Shown here: positions 1 through 8,965 of the stretch, one piece after another
How positions within the stretch are numbered: the stretch's first letter is position 1
Layout of the letters: every line of letters begins with the position of its first letter
Origin: Candidatus Buchananbacteria bacterium
GTDB taxonomy: Bacteria; Patescibacteriota; Patescibacteriia; 2-01-FULL-39-33
Direction: 5' to 3'
DNA length: 43,713 nt
NCBI GenBank assembly: GCA_903907165.1
Contig: CAIVNC010000005.1
Location: 1-43,713 of the forward strand
The notes under the pieces: generated by a model
The model's database searches: none
Told to the model about the DNA's origin: nothing
What the model saw: only the letters and a program-made list of their open reading frames with translations
Program-made: the position numbers and the translations under genes

Positions 1-303
1 ACCATATGCCAGCAGGCAGATGGTTGCAATAGGAAAAGATTTCACCTGAGCCATTACCATACCTTAAAGAAAATAGATAAGGAATTGTAATGGTGAATTG
101 AAATCTAGTCTTCTTAGAGTGAAGTGTTTTGTCTGGGGTTTTCGCCTGCTCGCTAGATTTTTTGGTGCCGGCTTTTTTCTAAAAAAAGCGGCGAAAGATG
201 GAAGTTAATCTGGATCCCCTCGTCCGCGAGGATGACACGGATGCAAGGGATCCCTCCACTACGCTGGTGCTCCGGTCGGGATGACAACAGCAAAAGAAGG
301 AAT

Positions 304-330
304 AAAAAAATCCCCGGAATTAACCGAGGA
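304..330 (-). terminator. Rho-independent terminator downstream of hpf
   Basis: On the minus strand, UCCUCGG (330-324) pairs with CCGGGGA (317-311) with one G.U pair, followed by a U7 run (310-304). It lies 17 nt after the hpf stop. Confidence 0.6.
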
Positions 331-346
331 TTTTTGATTTGTTTTT

Positions 347-646
347 TTATTCGTGAGTTTCTTTATACTGCACCAATTCTCGCTTCAAGATATCAACCGC
401 TTCATTCATGGATTTGGAAATATCATCGCTTTCGGTCTCAGCCATCAAAACCTTCTTTGGCACCATAAGCTTCACTTTAGCTAGATAAATATTGCCCTTC
501 TGATGATGTCTGGTTGTCAGTCCAACCTCGACATCGGCCTCCATGATATTGCTATAATACTTGGATAATCCATCAATCTTTTCTCTGATAATATCGTGAG
601 CCTCTGGGGCTAATTCCGCGTTGGTTGCTTTGATGTTCACTTGCAT
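347..646 (-). CDS. hpf: Ribosome hibernation promoting factor / RaiA family (short form)
   Basis: 99-aa ORF with full-length resemblance to the S30AE/HPF family (MQVNIKATN..L.....I..K...L.KY...I....V.L). Size and charge pattern are typical, and a terminator follows. Confidence 0.88.
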   Translation of the reverse strand: MQVNIKATNAELAPEAHDIIREKIDGLSKYYSNIMEADVEVGLTTRHHQKGNIYLAKVKLMVPKKVLMAETESDDISKSMNEAVDILKRELVQYKETHE

Positions 647-670
647 ACGTTTACGTTAGTGAATTAAATT

Positions 671-1636
671 TTAAAATCCTAGATACTCAATCTCCTCTTG
701 GAGCTGAAGCCCGAAATTATCTCGGACTTTTTGCTTGATTATACTAATGAGCATAATCACATCCGAAGAAGTCGCTCCGCCCAAGTTAACAATAAATCCG
801 GCATGTTTTTCTGATATAGCAACGCCACCGATTTTTTGCCCTTTTAGGCCGAGCTGGTCGATTAAGTATCCTGCTGATATAATTTTAGCTTTTTTAAAGC
901 TTTCCGGCAAATCGGAAATTTCTTTTTGAAGCCTTGTCAAGTCATCGTCGTCAACCGCTATATTTTTGAAAACACTACCAGTATTAGGCTCAGTCGGGAT
1001 CTTATCTTTTCGTTGTTTTAAAATGTCTTTGACCTTTTGTCTAGACGTTTCAATTTCTCCAGTTGCTAGTTGCAAAGTTGCACTCAAAATTATCTGCTTC
1101 TTTTCCGCACCCTTAAAAATACTCTGACGATAACCAAATCTGCAATCTGATTTTTTTAGTTTCTTAATTTTATCGCCTTGCCAAACCAACAGTTCAACCA
1201 CTGAGTCGGCCATCTCACTGCCATAGGCGCCGGCATTATTACAGATTGCTCCGCCAAGAGTTCCGGGAATTCCCGCGGCCCACTCTAGACCAGTAAGCCA
1301 CGACGACATTGACTCACCCACCAGCTTGCCAAGCGACAAGCCAGCACCGCATTCTATTTTTGTACCTTTGATTTTTATTTTATCATCTTTGATTTTGATC
1401 ACGAGACCTGGATAACCAGTATCACTCACCAGCAGATTACTGCCACCACCCAGCACAAAAAATGGACAATCATTGCGCTTAGCCGTTTCCGCCAAAAGCA
1501 CTGCCTCGTCAGAATTAACCATGGCAAAATATCTGGCCGGACCGCCAATATTCCAAGTTGTCCACATGGCCAATGGCTCGTTTTCCTTGATTTCGCCCGT
1601 TTTTATAACTTTTTGAAATTTGTTCAATGATTCCAT
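671..1636 (-). CDS. murB: UDP-N-acetylenolpyruvoylglucosamine reductase
   Basis: MurB hallmarks: FAD-binding region (WNIGGPARYF, VLGGGSNLL) and C-terminal domain (GSVFKNI, AGYLIDQLGLKG..IGG..ISEKHAGFIVN). The track ORF extends to 1750, but similarity starts near M39, so I chose the ATG at 1636. It sits in a dcw context. Confidence 0.9.
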   Translation of the reverse strand: MESLNKFQKVIKTGEIKENEPLAMWTTWNIGGPARYFAMVNSDEAVLLAETAKRNDCPFFVLGGGSNLLVSDTGYPGLVIKIKDDKIKIKGTKIECGAGLSLGKLVGESMSSWLTGLEWAAGIPGTLGGAICNNAGAYGSEMADSVVELLVWQGDKIKKLKKSDCRFGYRQSIFKGAEKKQIILSATLQLATGEIETSRQKVKDILKQRKDKIPTEPNTGSVFKNIAVDDDDLTRLQKEISDLPESFKKAKIISAGYLIDQLGLKGQKIGGVAISEKHAGFIVNLGGATSSDVIMLISIIKQKVRDNFGLQLQEEIEYLGF

Positions 1637-1723
1637 GTTGACAACGCTCGTGAGCTTGTTATTATTTAAAGGATATACAACGCACTTTATTGTGTTCAAT
1701 TCACTAGCTAGGAGATAAATACG

Positions 1724-1966
1724 ATGAATGGAGAGACAACTTTGCCTCAATCTGGCACTGGCAACATTTGTTCCAACTCAAAATGTAAAAACAGCAGTCC
1801 AAACAGAATAACCATGTTCAACAACGAAGGAGGTTGTCCTATTTGCCACTCACCGATGATCACAGTTTGCGAGTGCCTCAGGTGTCACCAGTACTACCCG
1901 ATAAGCCTCCCTGCCTGCCCCTGCGGACAACTGAAAGATGAAAGCCTAACCGGAGACGAAAAGTAG
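1724..1966 (+). CDS. Hypothetical Cys-rich (zinc-ribbon-like) small protein
   Basis: 80-aa ORF with paired Cys motifs (CSNSKC, CPIC, CECLRC, CPC). AGGAG lies 9 nt upstream of the ATG. It sits in the murB-murC gap once murB is trimmed to 1636. No terminator is visible. Confidence 0.4.
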   Translation: MNGETTLPQSGTGNICSNSKCKNSSPNRITMFNNEGGCPICHSPMITVCECLRCHQYYPISLPACPCGQLKDESLTGDEK

Positions 1967-1998
1967 CTTCTCCAATCTCAGCAAAAATCTTCAAGCCA

Positions 1999-2226
1999 CT
2001 AGCTCCTCCCGCTATTGGCTTTTTTATTTAATCTTGTTTTATCCACGATCTCAATCTTTTTCTTGCCATTTGCAGAATAATAATCATTTGCTTCCATGGC
2101 TTTTTTCTGAGCAGAAAAGCCGGGGGTTTTTTTGATTTTCTTTTTTAACTTCCGGTTAAAAAAATCCTGAGCCATCTTTTCCCCCACTGACTCCAAATTA
2201 TTTTTCTCTCCTTTTATTGTAGTCAT
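1999..2226 (-). CDS. Hypothetical Lys-rich small protein
   Basis: 75-aa ORF starting 7 nt after the murC stop on the same strand. Highly basic and low complexity, with no recognisable family. Confidence 0.45.
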   Translation of the reverse strand: MTTIKGEKNNLESVGEKMAQDFFNRKLKKKIKKTPGFSAQKKAMEANDYYSANGKKKIEIVDKTRLNKKANSGRS

Positions 2227-2232
2227 TTTAGA

Positions 2233-3612
2233 TTAACTAAAGATTAACTTCTTGGCCGAGTTGTACATGTCCCCGGCACCCAAAATTAAAACTGCTTTAT
2301 ATTTTTCTAAATCTTCTTTATTTATTACTTCTGCCAAATCGCTGCCGCCATAAACGACATTACCACCAAGTTTAAATGAAGCGATTGCTAGCTTTTCCGC
2401 ATTGACGTCAAAATCTTCTGGGCGCTCACGGCCGGCAACATAAAAAATATCCATCACGATCGCTTTGTCGGCATCAGCGAGTGACTCGGCAAATTCATCA
2501 AAAAAATCCTTTGTCCTAGCATACTGATGAGGCTGGAAAATTGCCAGAATCTTGCCACCAAAAAATTCTTGACAAGCAGAAATAGTTTTTGCCACCGCGT
2601 CTGGAGTGTGAGCATAGTCAGCAATAACTGGCACGCCTTTTATTTTTCCTAATCTTTCAAATCTTCTCCAGCTACCCCTAAATTCAGCCACGGCACGTTT
2701 AATCACCTCAATTTCAATTCCACAACTAAGCGCTGGTCCAACAGCTGCCAAGACATTATAAATATTGTATTTGGCTGGCAAATTTAGAGTTAATTCAGCT
2801 AGAGTTTCATCGCGCCAAACAAGATCAAAAATCTGACTACCGTTTTCAAGGCGAATATTTCGAGCCATCAAATCGGCTTCGTGATCGATACCAAAAGTAA
2901 TTTTTCTAGCCTTAGCTTCACTGGAAACATCAAGAGAATTTTCATCATCGGCATTAACAAATATGGCGCCTTCTGCCGGCACGCGAATCAGATAATCATG
3001 AAAAGCTTGTTTGACGCCGTCAATATTTTGATAAAAATCCAAGTGATCAGCCGTGACATAAGTCACAACGGCCATCATCGGATTGTAATTATCAAAAGCT
3101 CGGCGATATTCATCGCTTTCAAAAATAAAATATTTGCCTTTGCCAAGAATCGAATTGCCACCGAGATAATCAGCTTTGCCACCAAGAACAACTGTCGGAT
3201 CAAGTCCAGCGGTTTTAAAAATCAAACCAAGCAAGGCCGTGGTGGTAGTTTTGCCATTCGTGCCACATACCCCCAGGGGGTATAGTCCTTCCATCATCAA
3301 ACCTAGTAATTGCGGATAGGTCAATTCTGGAATATTTAAATTCTTAGCTGCCTGACGTTCAGGATTATCTTCAGGGACAGCTACTGTATAAACCACCAAA
3401 CCAAAGTCGACAGTAATATTTTCCGCGACTTGGGGAATTAAAACTTTAATCCCCTCGTCCACCAATTGCTCGGTAATTTCACCAGACGACAAATCACTGC
3501 CCCAGACTTCTTTGCCTTGAAATTTAAGCAAGCGAGCAGCGGCAGAAATTCCAATTCCGCCAATACCGATAAAAAATATCTTTTTAATTTTGGACAAATC
3601 TATTTTATCCAT
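2233..3612 (-). CDS. murC: UDP-N-acetylmuramate--L-alanine ligase
   Basis: 459 aa. N-terminal Rossmann motif IGIGGIGISAAARLL, Mur ligase P-loop GTNGKTTTT, and a full-length Mur ligase central and C-terminal domain pattern. Confidence 0.95.
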   Translation of the reverse strand: MDKIDLSKIKKIFFIGIGGIGISAAARLLKFQGKEVWGSDLSSGEITEQLVDEGIKVLIPQVAENITVDFGLVVYTVAVPEDNPERQAAKNLNIPELTYPQLLGLMMEGLYPLGVCGTNGKTTTTALLGLIFKTAGLDPTVVLGGKADYLGGNSILGKGKYFIFESDEYRRAFDNYNPMMAVVTYVTADHLDFYQNIDGVKQAFHDYLIRVPAEGAIFVNADDENSLDVSSEAKARKITFGIDHEADLMARNIRLENGSQIFDLVWRDETLAELTLNLPAKYNIYNVLAAVGPALSCGIEIEVIKRAVAEFRGSWRRFERLGKIKGVPVIADYAHTPDAVAKTISACQEFFGGKILAIFQPHQYARTKDFFDEFAESLADADKAIVMDIFYVAGRERPEDFDVNAEKLAIASFKLGGNVVYGGSDLAEVINKEDLEKYKAVLILGAGDMYNSAKKLIFS

Positions 3613-3628
3613 TTGATTATATTTTAAA

Positions 3629-4687
3629 TTATTTGGCTATCTCAAGGAGAACTGCCGCCACTTGACCTGCGCCATCATGATTCATCATCTTGGCAATGTT
3701 TCTAGACAAATTCTGGCGTTCAGCCTCCTGGAACATCAACTCCTTAACCACATCGACAAACATATCTTTAGTTAAGCTAATTTCAGATAAAACCCTGACG
3801 GCATTATTTTTTTGGAAATATTGAGCGTTTAATTCTTGATGACCAGGCAATGGGATAAGAATCGTTGGCTTGGCCAGAATAATTAATTCTGACAAAGTCG
3901 AAAGACCTGATCTACTAACTACCAAATCAGCAGCACACAGTGCGTCCTGCATCTCATTGGTCAAAAATTCAAACTGTTGATAATTATTTGCCTCTACCTC
4001 AACACCCTTGCCAGCTCCGGTAACATGAATGGTCTGGCAAAACTGACTCAAATCTCCCGCACTATATGCAACAAGTCCATTAATGTTTTGAGAACCAGTG
4101 CCTCCGCCCAAAACCAACAAGATTGGCAAATCTTTTTTCAACTGTAAAATTTCTTTACTACTCTCCGGTTGGCAAGAATAAAATTCTTCTCTGACTGGAT
4201 TACCCGTAAAAACCGTTTTACCTTTATAAAAATCCTTAAGCGATGGCTCAAAGGAAACCGTAATTTTTATTGCCACATTGGCCATTAGTTTATTGGCCAT
4301 ACCAACAAGAATATCTTGCTGATGAATCAGAACTGGCACACGCAAAAGACTAGCAGCATAAGCCACCGGCACACCAATAAAACTGCCAGCGATCATAATC
4401 ACATTTGGCTTATACTTCAAAATAATAGAAACTGACTGAAAAAATCCACCAATGATTTTGAACGGATCGACAAAAATATTAGCCAAAGAAAAATAACGGC
4501 GCCATTTGCCAGAACTAATCGCCTTGAAATTTATTTTATAACTTTCGACGGCCTTTTGCTCTGGACCAACTTTGCCGCCCACAAACAAAAAATCCGTTTC
4601 CGGGTGTAATTTTTTTATTTTTTGATAAACCGCAATAAGCGGACTAACCGAGCCCATCGTTCCACCGCCAACAAGTAGGATTTTCAT
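3629..4687 (-). CDS. murG: UDP-N-acetylglucosamine--LPS-independent lipid I N-acetylglucosaminyltransferase (MurG)
   Basis: 352 aa. GT28 pattern (KILLVGGGTMGSVSPL, GGGTGSQNIN, SRSGLSTLSE) in a dcw context. Confidence 0.93.
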   Translation of the reverse strand: MKILLVGGGTMGSVSPLIAVYQKIKKLHPETDFLFVGGKVGPEQKAVESYKINFKAISSGKWRRYFSLANIFVDPFKIIGGFFQSVSIILKYKPNVIMIAGSFIGVPVAYAASLLRVPVLIHQQDILVGMANKLMANVAIKITVSFEPSLKDFYKGKTVFTGNPVREEFYSCQPESSKEILQLKKDLPILLVLGGGTGSQNINGLVAYSAGDLSQFCQTIHVTGAGKGVEVEANNYQQFEFLTNEMQDALCAADLVVSRSGLSTLSELIILAKPTILIPLPGHQELNAQYFQKNNAVRVLSEISLTKDMFVDVVKELMFQEAERQNLSRNIAKMMNHDGAGQVAAVLLEIAK

Positions 4688-4753
4688 AGCAAAATAACTA
4701 AGATTTAAACATTAAAAGATAAGGCTAGTATAGCAAAAAATGGCATAAAAATC

Positions 4754-4782
4754 AAATAAAAAATCCTCGACTGAAACGAGGA
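4754..4782 (-). terminator. Rho-independent terminator after ftsW
   Basis: On the minus strand, UCCUCG (4782-4777) pairs with CGAGGA (4769-4764), followed by a U-rich run (4763-4754). It starts 13 nt after the ftsW stop. Confidence 0.6.
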
Positions 4783-4794
4783 ATTTTTATTAGT

Positions 4795-5979
4795 CTAATC
4801 GTATTTACTCCACCTTGGATTGCCCCCAGTCTGCTTGGAAATATTTACCAAGACTCCCACGCCAGCCAAACAAGTCATCAGAGCTGTACCACCATAAGAA
4901 ATAAACGGTAATGGCACACCCGTTAGAGGCAAGATGCCAACAATAGCTCCAATATTTAAAAAAGCTTGAAAGATTAACCAAGTGACAATGCCAACAGCAA
5001 GCAACTGACCAAAGGAATCTGGGCATTCGCGAGCTACTTTAAATCCACGCCAAGCTAGATAGCCGAAGAGAGCTACGATACCAGCTGAAAATATAAATCC
5101 CATCTCTTCACAAATAACGGCAAAAACCGAATCACCAATCGGTTCCGGAAGATAAGAAAATTTTTGTCGCGAATGACCAAAGCCAAGACCAAACCAGCGA
5201 CCAGAACCAATTGCCAAAGCGGCCTGATTAATATGATAACCAATACCTTGAGGATCAAGCTCTGGATGCATAAAGGTTGTCAGGCGAGCAGCACGATAAG
5301 GAGATATTTTAACGATTAGCATTAAACCAGTCAAACCAAAAGCCGACAGCCAAGCTAAATGCGTCAATTTACCACCGGCAGCATAGTAGACGGACAAAGA
5401 CATAACTACGATAATGAGCATCGTACCAGTATCCGGCTCCATAACGAGTAAAATTACAATAACCATCAGAATGAAGATGAATGGCAAGAAACCATAATGC
5501 AAATCATGGAGATTCTTTTTGTCTTTAGTAGACAGCCAACCAGCCAAATAAAACAAAAATGTCAGCTTAACAATTTCCGACGGCTGAACAGAGTAACCAA
5601 AAAGATTGATCCAACTATGGGATGTGCCCCATTTAGCTCCAATACCTGGAATAAAAACCGACAGCAACAAAATCAAGGAAATAATTAGAAGTGGAAAAGC
5701 CAGCTTCTTGAATTTTTTATAGTTATAATTAGCCAAAAAGAAAAATAAAACCAAGCCAGGCAAAAGACCTAAAAGTATCTGGTGCTTAACGTACCAATAA
5801 GTATCATGAAACGATTTGAAGCCGACAGCCGCTCCAGCGGATGACAAAGCCATAAGCCCAAAGATCATTAAAAAACCAAAAACACTAAGCAAAACCCAAT
5901 CAGGGCTGCCAACATGGTCTTTTTGCATCAAATCAAAAAAGAAATCCTTGAGTCGGAAGTTCTTAATTTTAAATTTCAT
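4795..5979 (-). CDS. ftsW: SEDS-family peptidoglycan glycosyltransferase (FtsW/RodA)
   Basis: 394 aa, about 10 TM segments, SEDS motifs (QPSE..K, GIGYHINQA, LPEPIGDSVFA, PLPFISYGGT). Its position between murD and murG favours FtsW. The start overlaps the murD stop (TAATG). Confidence 0.9.
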   Translation of the reverse strand: MKFKIKNFRLKDFFFDLMQKDHVGSPDWVLLSVFGFLMIFGLMALSSAGAAVGFKSFHDTYWYVKHQILLGLLPGLVLFFFLANYNYKKFKKLAFPLLIISLILLLSVFIPGIGAKWGTSHSWINLFGYSVQPSEIVKLTFLFYLAGWLSTKDKKNLHDLHYGFLPFIFILMVIVILLVMEPDTGTMLIIVVMSLSVYYAAGGKLTHLAWLSAFGLTGLMLIVKISPYRAARLTTFMHPELDPQGIGYHINQAALAIGSGRWFGLGFGHSRQKFSYLPEPIGDSVFAVICEEMGFIFSAGIVALFGYLAWRGFKVARECPDSFGQLLAVGIVTWLIFQAFLNIGAIVGILPLTGVPLPFISYGGTALMTCLAGVGVLVNISKQTGGNPRWSKYD

Positions 5980-7370
5980 TATTTTATCGCCGTAATAATT
6001 TTTCTAAACTGATCGCCGCGATCAAATTCATTATTAAACATGCCGAACGAAGCGCAAGCCGGGCTGAGTATTATTATATCACCTTTTGTAGAAAATTTCA
6101 TCGCTTCATCAACTGCTTCCTTCATTGATCCAGCATGAGCCACTACTAATTTTGCCGGTAAAAGTTTTTTCAGTCTTTCCGTTCCGGTTCCATTAAGTAA
6201 AATTACCCCGCGACAAAACTTTTTCATCTCTTTACTTAGAACTGAAAAATCCAAGCCCTTATCTGAACCGCCTGCAATTAAAACTATTTTCTTATCTCTA
6301 TCACCAAGAGCCTTCAAAGCCGACATGGTCGCCTCTGGTGTTGTCGCTGTCGTATCATTATAGATTTTTCTCCCCTTCCATTCTCGAAGCAACTCCAAGC
6401 GATTAGCCACACCTTTGAAGCCACTTACAATTTTTTCTATTTTTTGGGGCGACAGGCCAACAATCATTCCTACACAAACAGCTCCCAAAATATTTTGCAA
6501 ATTATGAAGTCCAGGAATTTTAATTTTACTGATCGGTAAAACTTTTTCTTCTTTGCCACCGAGACGAAACCAAATATTACCAGCTCGAACAAAGCAGCCA
6601 TTTTCTTCTTTAAATTCCTTAACGCTAAACCAAAAACGTTGAGCCGCCACTCGCTCGCCCATTTTCTTGGTATAAATATTTTCGCGATTTAAAACGATAT
6701 AATCTTGAGGATTTTGCCACAAAAAAATATTGGCTTTGGCCTCAGCATAATCATCAATGTCATCATAAGTATTTAGATGATCTGGATAAATATTAGTAAA
6801 CACGCCGATATGAGGGCTTAACTTTCTTTCTCCGAGTTGCTCTAACATCCAAGACGATAATTCCAAAACTACTCGCCCGCCCTTTTTAACTTCGGCCATT
6901 TGAGATAGCGGCGACTGAGTTATGTTACCTCCCAAGACCGCATCCTTATCAACAGCCTTAATCAAATCATAAATTAAAGTTGTGGTTGTACTCTTGCCTC
7001 TTGTGCCGGTCACGGCAATCGTTCTTTTGCGATCAATGAGCTGAAAGAAAATAGAAATGTCATTTTCAACAGGAATATTATTTTTTCTGGCCAATTCTAA
7101 ATATTTTGATTTTCTTGGCACGCCAGGATTTCTAACAATCAAATCAGCATCAGTAAAATCTTTTTCCTCGTGTTTTCCCAAAACTAATTTGATCTGATCT
7201 TTCAATTTACCCAAACGCTTCACGGTCGGAGCTAACTGTTCTGCAGTTTTTAAATCGGTGACAGTCACTTTGGCTCCAGCCTTAACTAAAAAACGAGTAG
7301 CGGAAATACCGCTGCCGTTTTCGTACAGGCCAAGACCCATTATTGTGATTTTTTTGTTTTTGAAATCCAT
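5979..7370 (-). CDS. murD: UDP-N-acetylmuramoylalanine--D-glutamate ligase
   Basis: 463 aa. N-terminal Rossmann fold (ITIMGLGL), Mur ligase P-loop GTRGKSTTT, and the canonical position between mraY and ftsW. Confidence 0.93.
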   Translation of the reverse strand: MDFKNKKITIMGLGLYENGSGISATRFLVKAGAKVTVTDLKTAEQLAPTVKRLGKLKDQIKLVLGKHEEKDFTDADLIVRNPGVPRKSKYLELARKNNIPVENDISIFFQLIDRKRTIAVTGTRGKSTTTTLIYDLIKAVDKDAVLGGNITQSPLSQMAEVKKGGRVVLELSSWMLEQLGERKLSPHIGVFTNIYPDHLNTYDDIDDYAEAKANIFLWQNPQDYIVLNRENIYTKKMGERVAAQRFWFSVKEFKEENGCFVRAGNIWFRLGGKEEKVLPISKIKIPGLHNLQNILGAVCVGMIVGLSPQKIEKIVSGFKGVANRLELLREWKGRKIYNDTTATTPEATMSALKALGDRDKKIVLIAGGSDKGLDFSVLSKEMKKFCRGVILLNGTGTERLKKLLPAKLVVAHAGSMKEAVDEAMKFSTKGDIIILSPACASFGMFNNEFDRGDQFRKIITAIK

Positions 7371-7380
7371 GGAAAATTAT

Positions 7381-8430
7381 TTATTTCCAAGCCCCTCTAT
7401 CCATCATAAATAAAATCAAGCCAATAACAGTCGAAACTGAGGACACCACCCAAAATCGCATTACGACTTTTGACTCTGGCCAACCCAAAGCTTCAAAGTG
7501 ATGATGAATCGGGGCGGACAAGAAAACTTTTTTGCCTTTTCTTAATTTCTTGGAAGCTAATTGGATAAGAACTGATAAAGATTCTATCGCAAACATTAGA
7601 CCAATGATTGGCAAGAGCAAAGCGGTATTGGTCATAAGAGCCATAATTGCCAGAACAACGCCAAGAGACATCGCCCCAGTGTCGCCCATAAAAAATCTAG
7701 CTGGTGTAATGTTAAACCACAAGAAAGCCAGGAGTGATCCAATGATAACGCCACAAAAAGATGCTAAATCATATCGTCCCTGAACAAAAGCAATCACACC
7801 AAAAGCGGCGAAGGCAGCCAAGAGCGTTCCACCGGCCAAGCCATCAAGTCCATCAATTTCATTGACCGAAAAAGCTGTGGCCACCACCACAAAAATTGCG
7901 AAAGGAATATACCAGAGACCGACATTAAAAGTAGCTACAAAAGGAACGTGGATCACATCCCAATCCAATCTGAAATAAAACCAGCAAGCGATCAAGACGG
8001 CTACAACCGTATAAACAATCAATCTAGTTTTCATTGATAGTCCCCCGCCGTAATGCCCGATTTTTCTAACATTTAAATAATCGTCAACCATGCCGATCAA
8101 GGCGGTGATGACCAAGGCGCCAAGAGGCAACCAAGTTTGGCCACGGGACAAAAAATTAAGATGGCCAAAAAAACCATCAAACCATTGGCCAGTATAGAAG
8201 AAAAATATTGCTAAAAATAAAGTTGTCACCCAAATGAGCAATCCCCCCATAGTTGGCGTGCCAGATTTCTTTTGGTGCATCTGAGAAAAAATCGGCGCTG
8301 AGTCAGAACTGCGGATTTGTTTGCCTAATTTATATTTATATAAAAAATGAGTCAGAAGTGGCGTCCAAAGAACTGCCAGAATAAAGGAAATAAAAAACAA
8401 AAAAGAAATTTTAACTACGTAAAAATCCAT
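7381..8430 (-). CDS. mraY: Phospho-N-acetylmuramoyl-pentapeptide transferase
   Basis: 349 aa polytopic membrane protein with MraY motifs (GTPTMGG, DDYLNV, NEIDGLDGLA, FMGDTGAMSLG, PIHHHFE). Confidence 0.95.
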   Translation of the reverse strand: MDFYVVKISFLFFISFILAVLWTPLLTHFLYKYKLGKQIRSSDSAPIFSQMHQKKSGTPTMGGLLIWVTTLFLAIFFFYTGQWFDGFFGHLNFLSRGQTWLPLGALVITALIGMVDDYLNVRKIGHYGGGLSMKTRLIVYTVVAVLIACWFYFRLDWDVIHVPFVATFNVGLWYIPFAIFVVVATAFSVNEIDGLDGLAGGTLLAAFAAFGVIAFVQGRYDLASFCGVIIGSLLAFLWFNITPARFFMGDTGAMSLGVVLAIMALMTNTALLLPIIGLMFAIESLSVLIQLASKKLRKGKKVFLSAPIHHHFEALGWPESKVVMRFWVVSSVSTVIGLILFMMDRGAWK

Positions 8431-8433
8431 AAA

Positions 8434-8808
8434 TTAAAAATTACTATAAACCAAAAGCGATCCGGAAATTAATAAAATTAAATTGGCAACTAGAGCCATG
8501 GTGGCCAAAAAATAACTCAAATGACGATAATTCAAATGCAACAAAAGAGATGCTATTCCATTACCGATAATAAATAAAAAACCAACGAGCGGAGCGAACA
8601 AAAGCTCCTGCCATGGACCAAGTGAACCGATTCCGAAATAAATATCATAATGCAAAACCACAAAATCTGAGACCTTCCAAAAATTAAAAATAATCAAGGC
8701 CCAAAGAGCAATATTAAAAATCAACGCTAAAGCAAACAAAATTAAAACTAGTCGATCGCGTTTAGCCGGGCTTAATCTTAATTTTTCCAAGAGGTCTAAA
8801 AAAGACAT
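8434..8808 (-). CDS. Hypothetical 4-TM membrane protein
   Basis: 124-aa ORF ending 3 nt before the mraY start on the same strand, with four hydrophobic segments. No family recognised. Confidence 0.6.
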   Translation of the reverse strand: MSFLDLLEKLRLSPAKRDRLVLILFALALIFNIALWALIIFNFWKVSDFVVLHYDIYFGIGSLGPWQELLFAPLVGFLFIIGNGIASLLLHLNYRHLSYFLATMALVANLILLISGSLLVYSNF

Positions 8809-8874
8809 GGTTTTTTAAAAACTTGATTTAAGTGATCCTTATTATTGTAATATTTTTTTACAAATCTGTCATTA

Positions 8875-8903
8875 TTGACAAAAATATGGAAATATGCTAA
8901 TAT
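8875..8903 (+). promoter_or_regulatory. Putative sigma70-type promoter for the wzz-like operon
   Basis: TTGACA (8875-8880), a 17-nt spacer ending in TGc, then TAATAT (8898-8903). This is the same architecture as the island promoters. Confidence 0.45.
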
Positions 8904-8965
8904 AAATGATTAATTTGAAATAATTATTTAAAAAACATAAGAATTATCTAAATTTAAACAAAAAT

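Noticed and set aside
232-468. Plus-strand 78-aa ORF overlapping the 3' part of hpf
   Set aside because: It overlaps a well-supported hpf gene and its terminator. The translation looks non-protein-like and there is no RBS.
1637-1750. N-terminal extensions in the ORF track (murB to 1750; Wzy_C gene from 9606; gamma subunit to 33372; pgsA-like from 30131; GT2 to 43529)
   Set aside because: The extensions overlap neighbouring genes or lack family similarity. Internal ATGs (1636, 9783, 33300, 30221, 43496) coincide with the start of homology and, for 30221, with a strong AAGGAGG RBS.
4805-5688. Alternative-frame and antisense ORFs within ftsW (4805-5026, 5073-5258, 5497-5688), and similar short ORFs nested in murC, mraY, eno, pgk, the hydrogenase genes, galU, rmuC and the GT genes
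   Set aside because: All are nested in confidently identified genes. They are short, with composition-driven translations and no independent signals.
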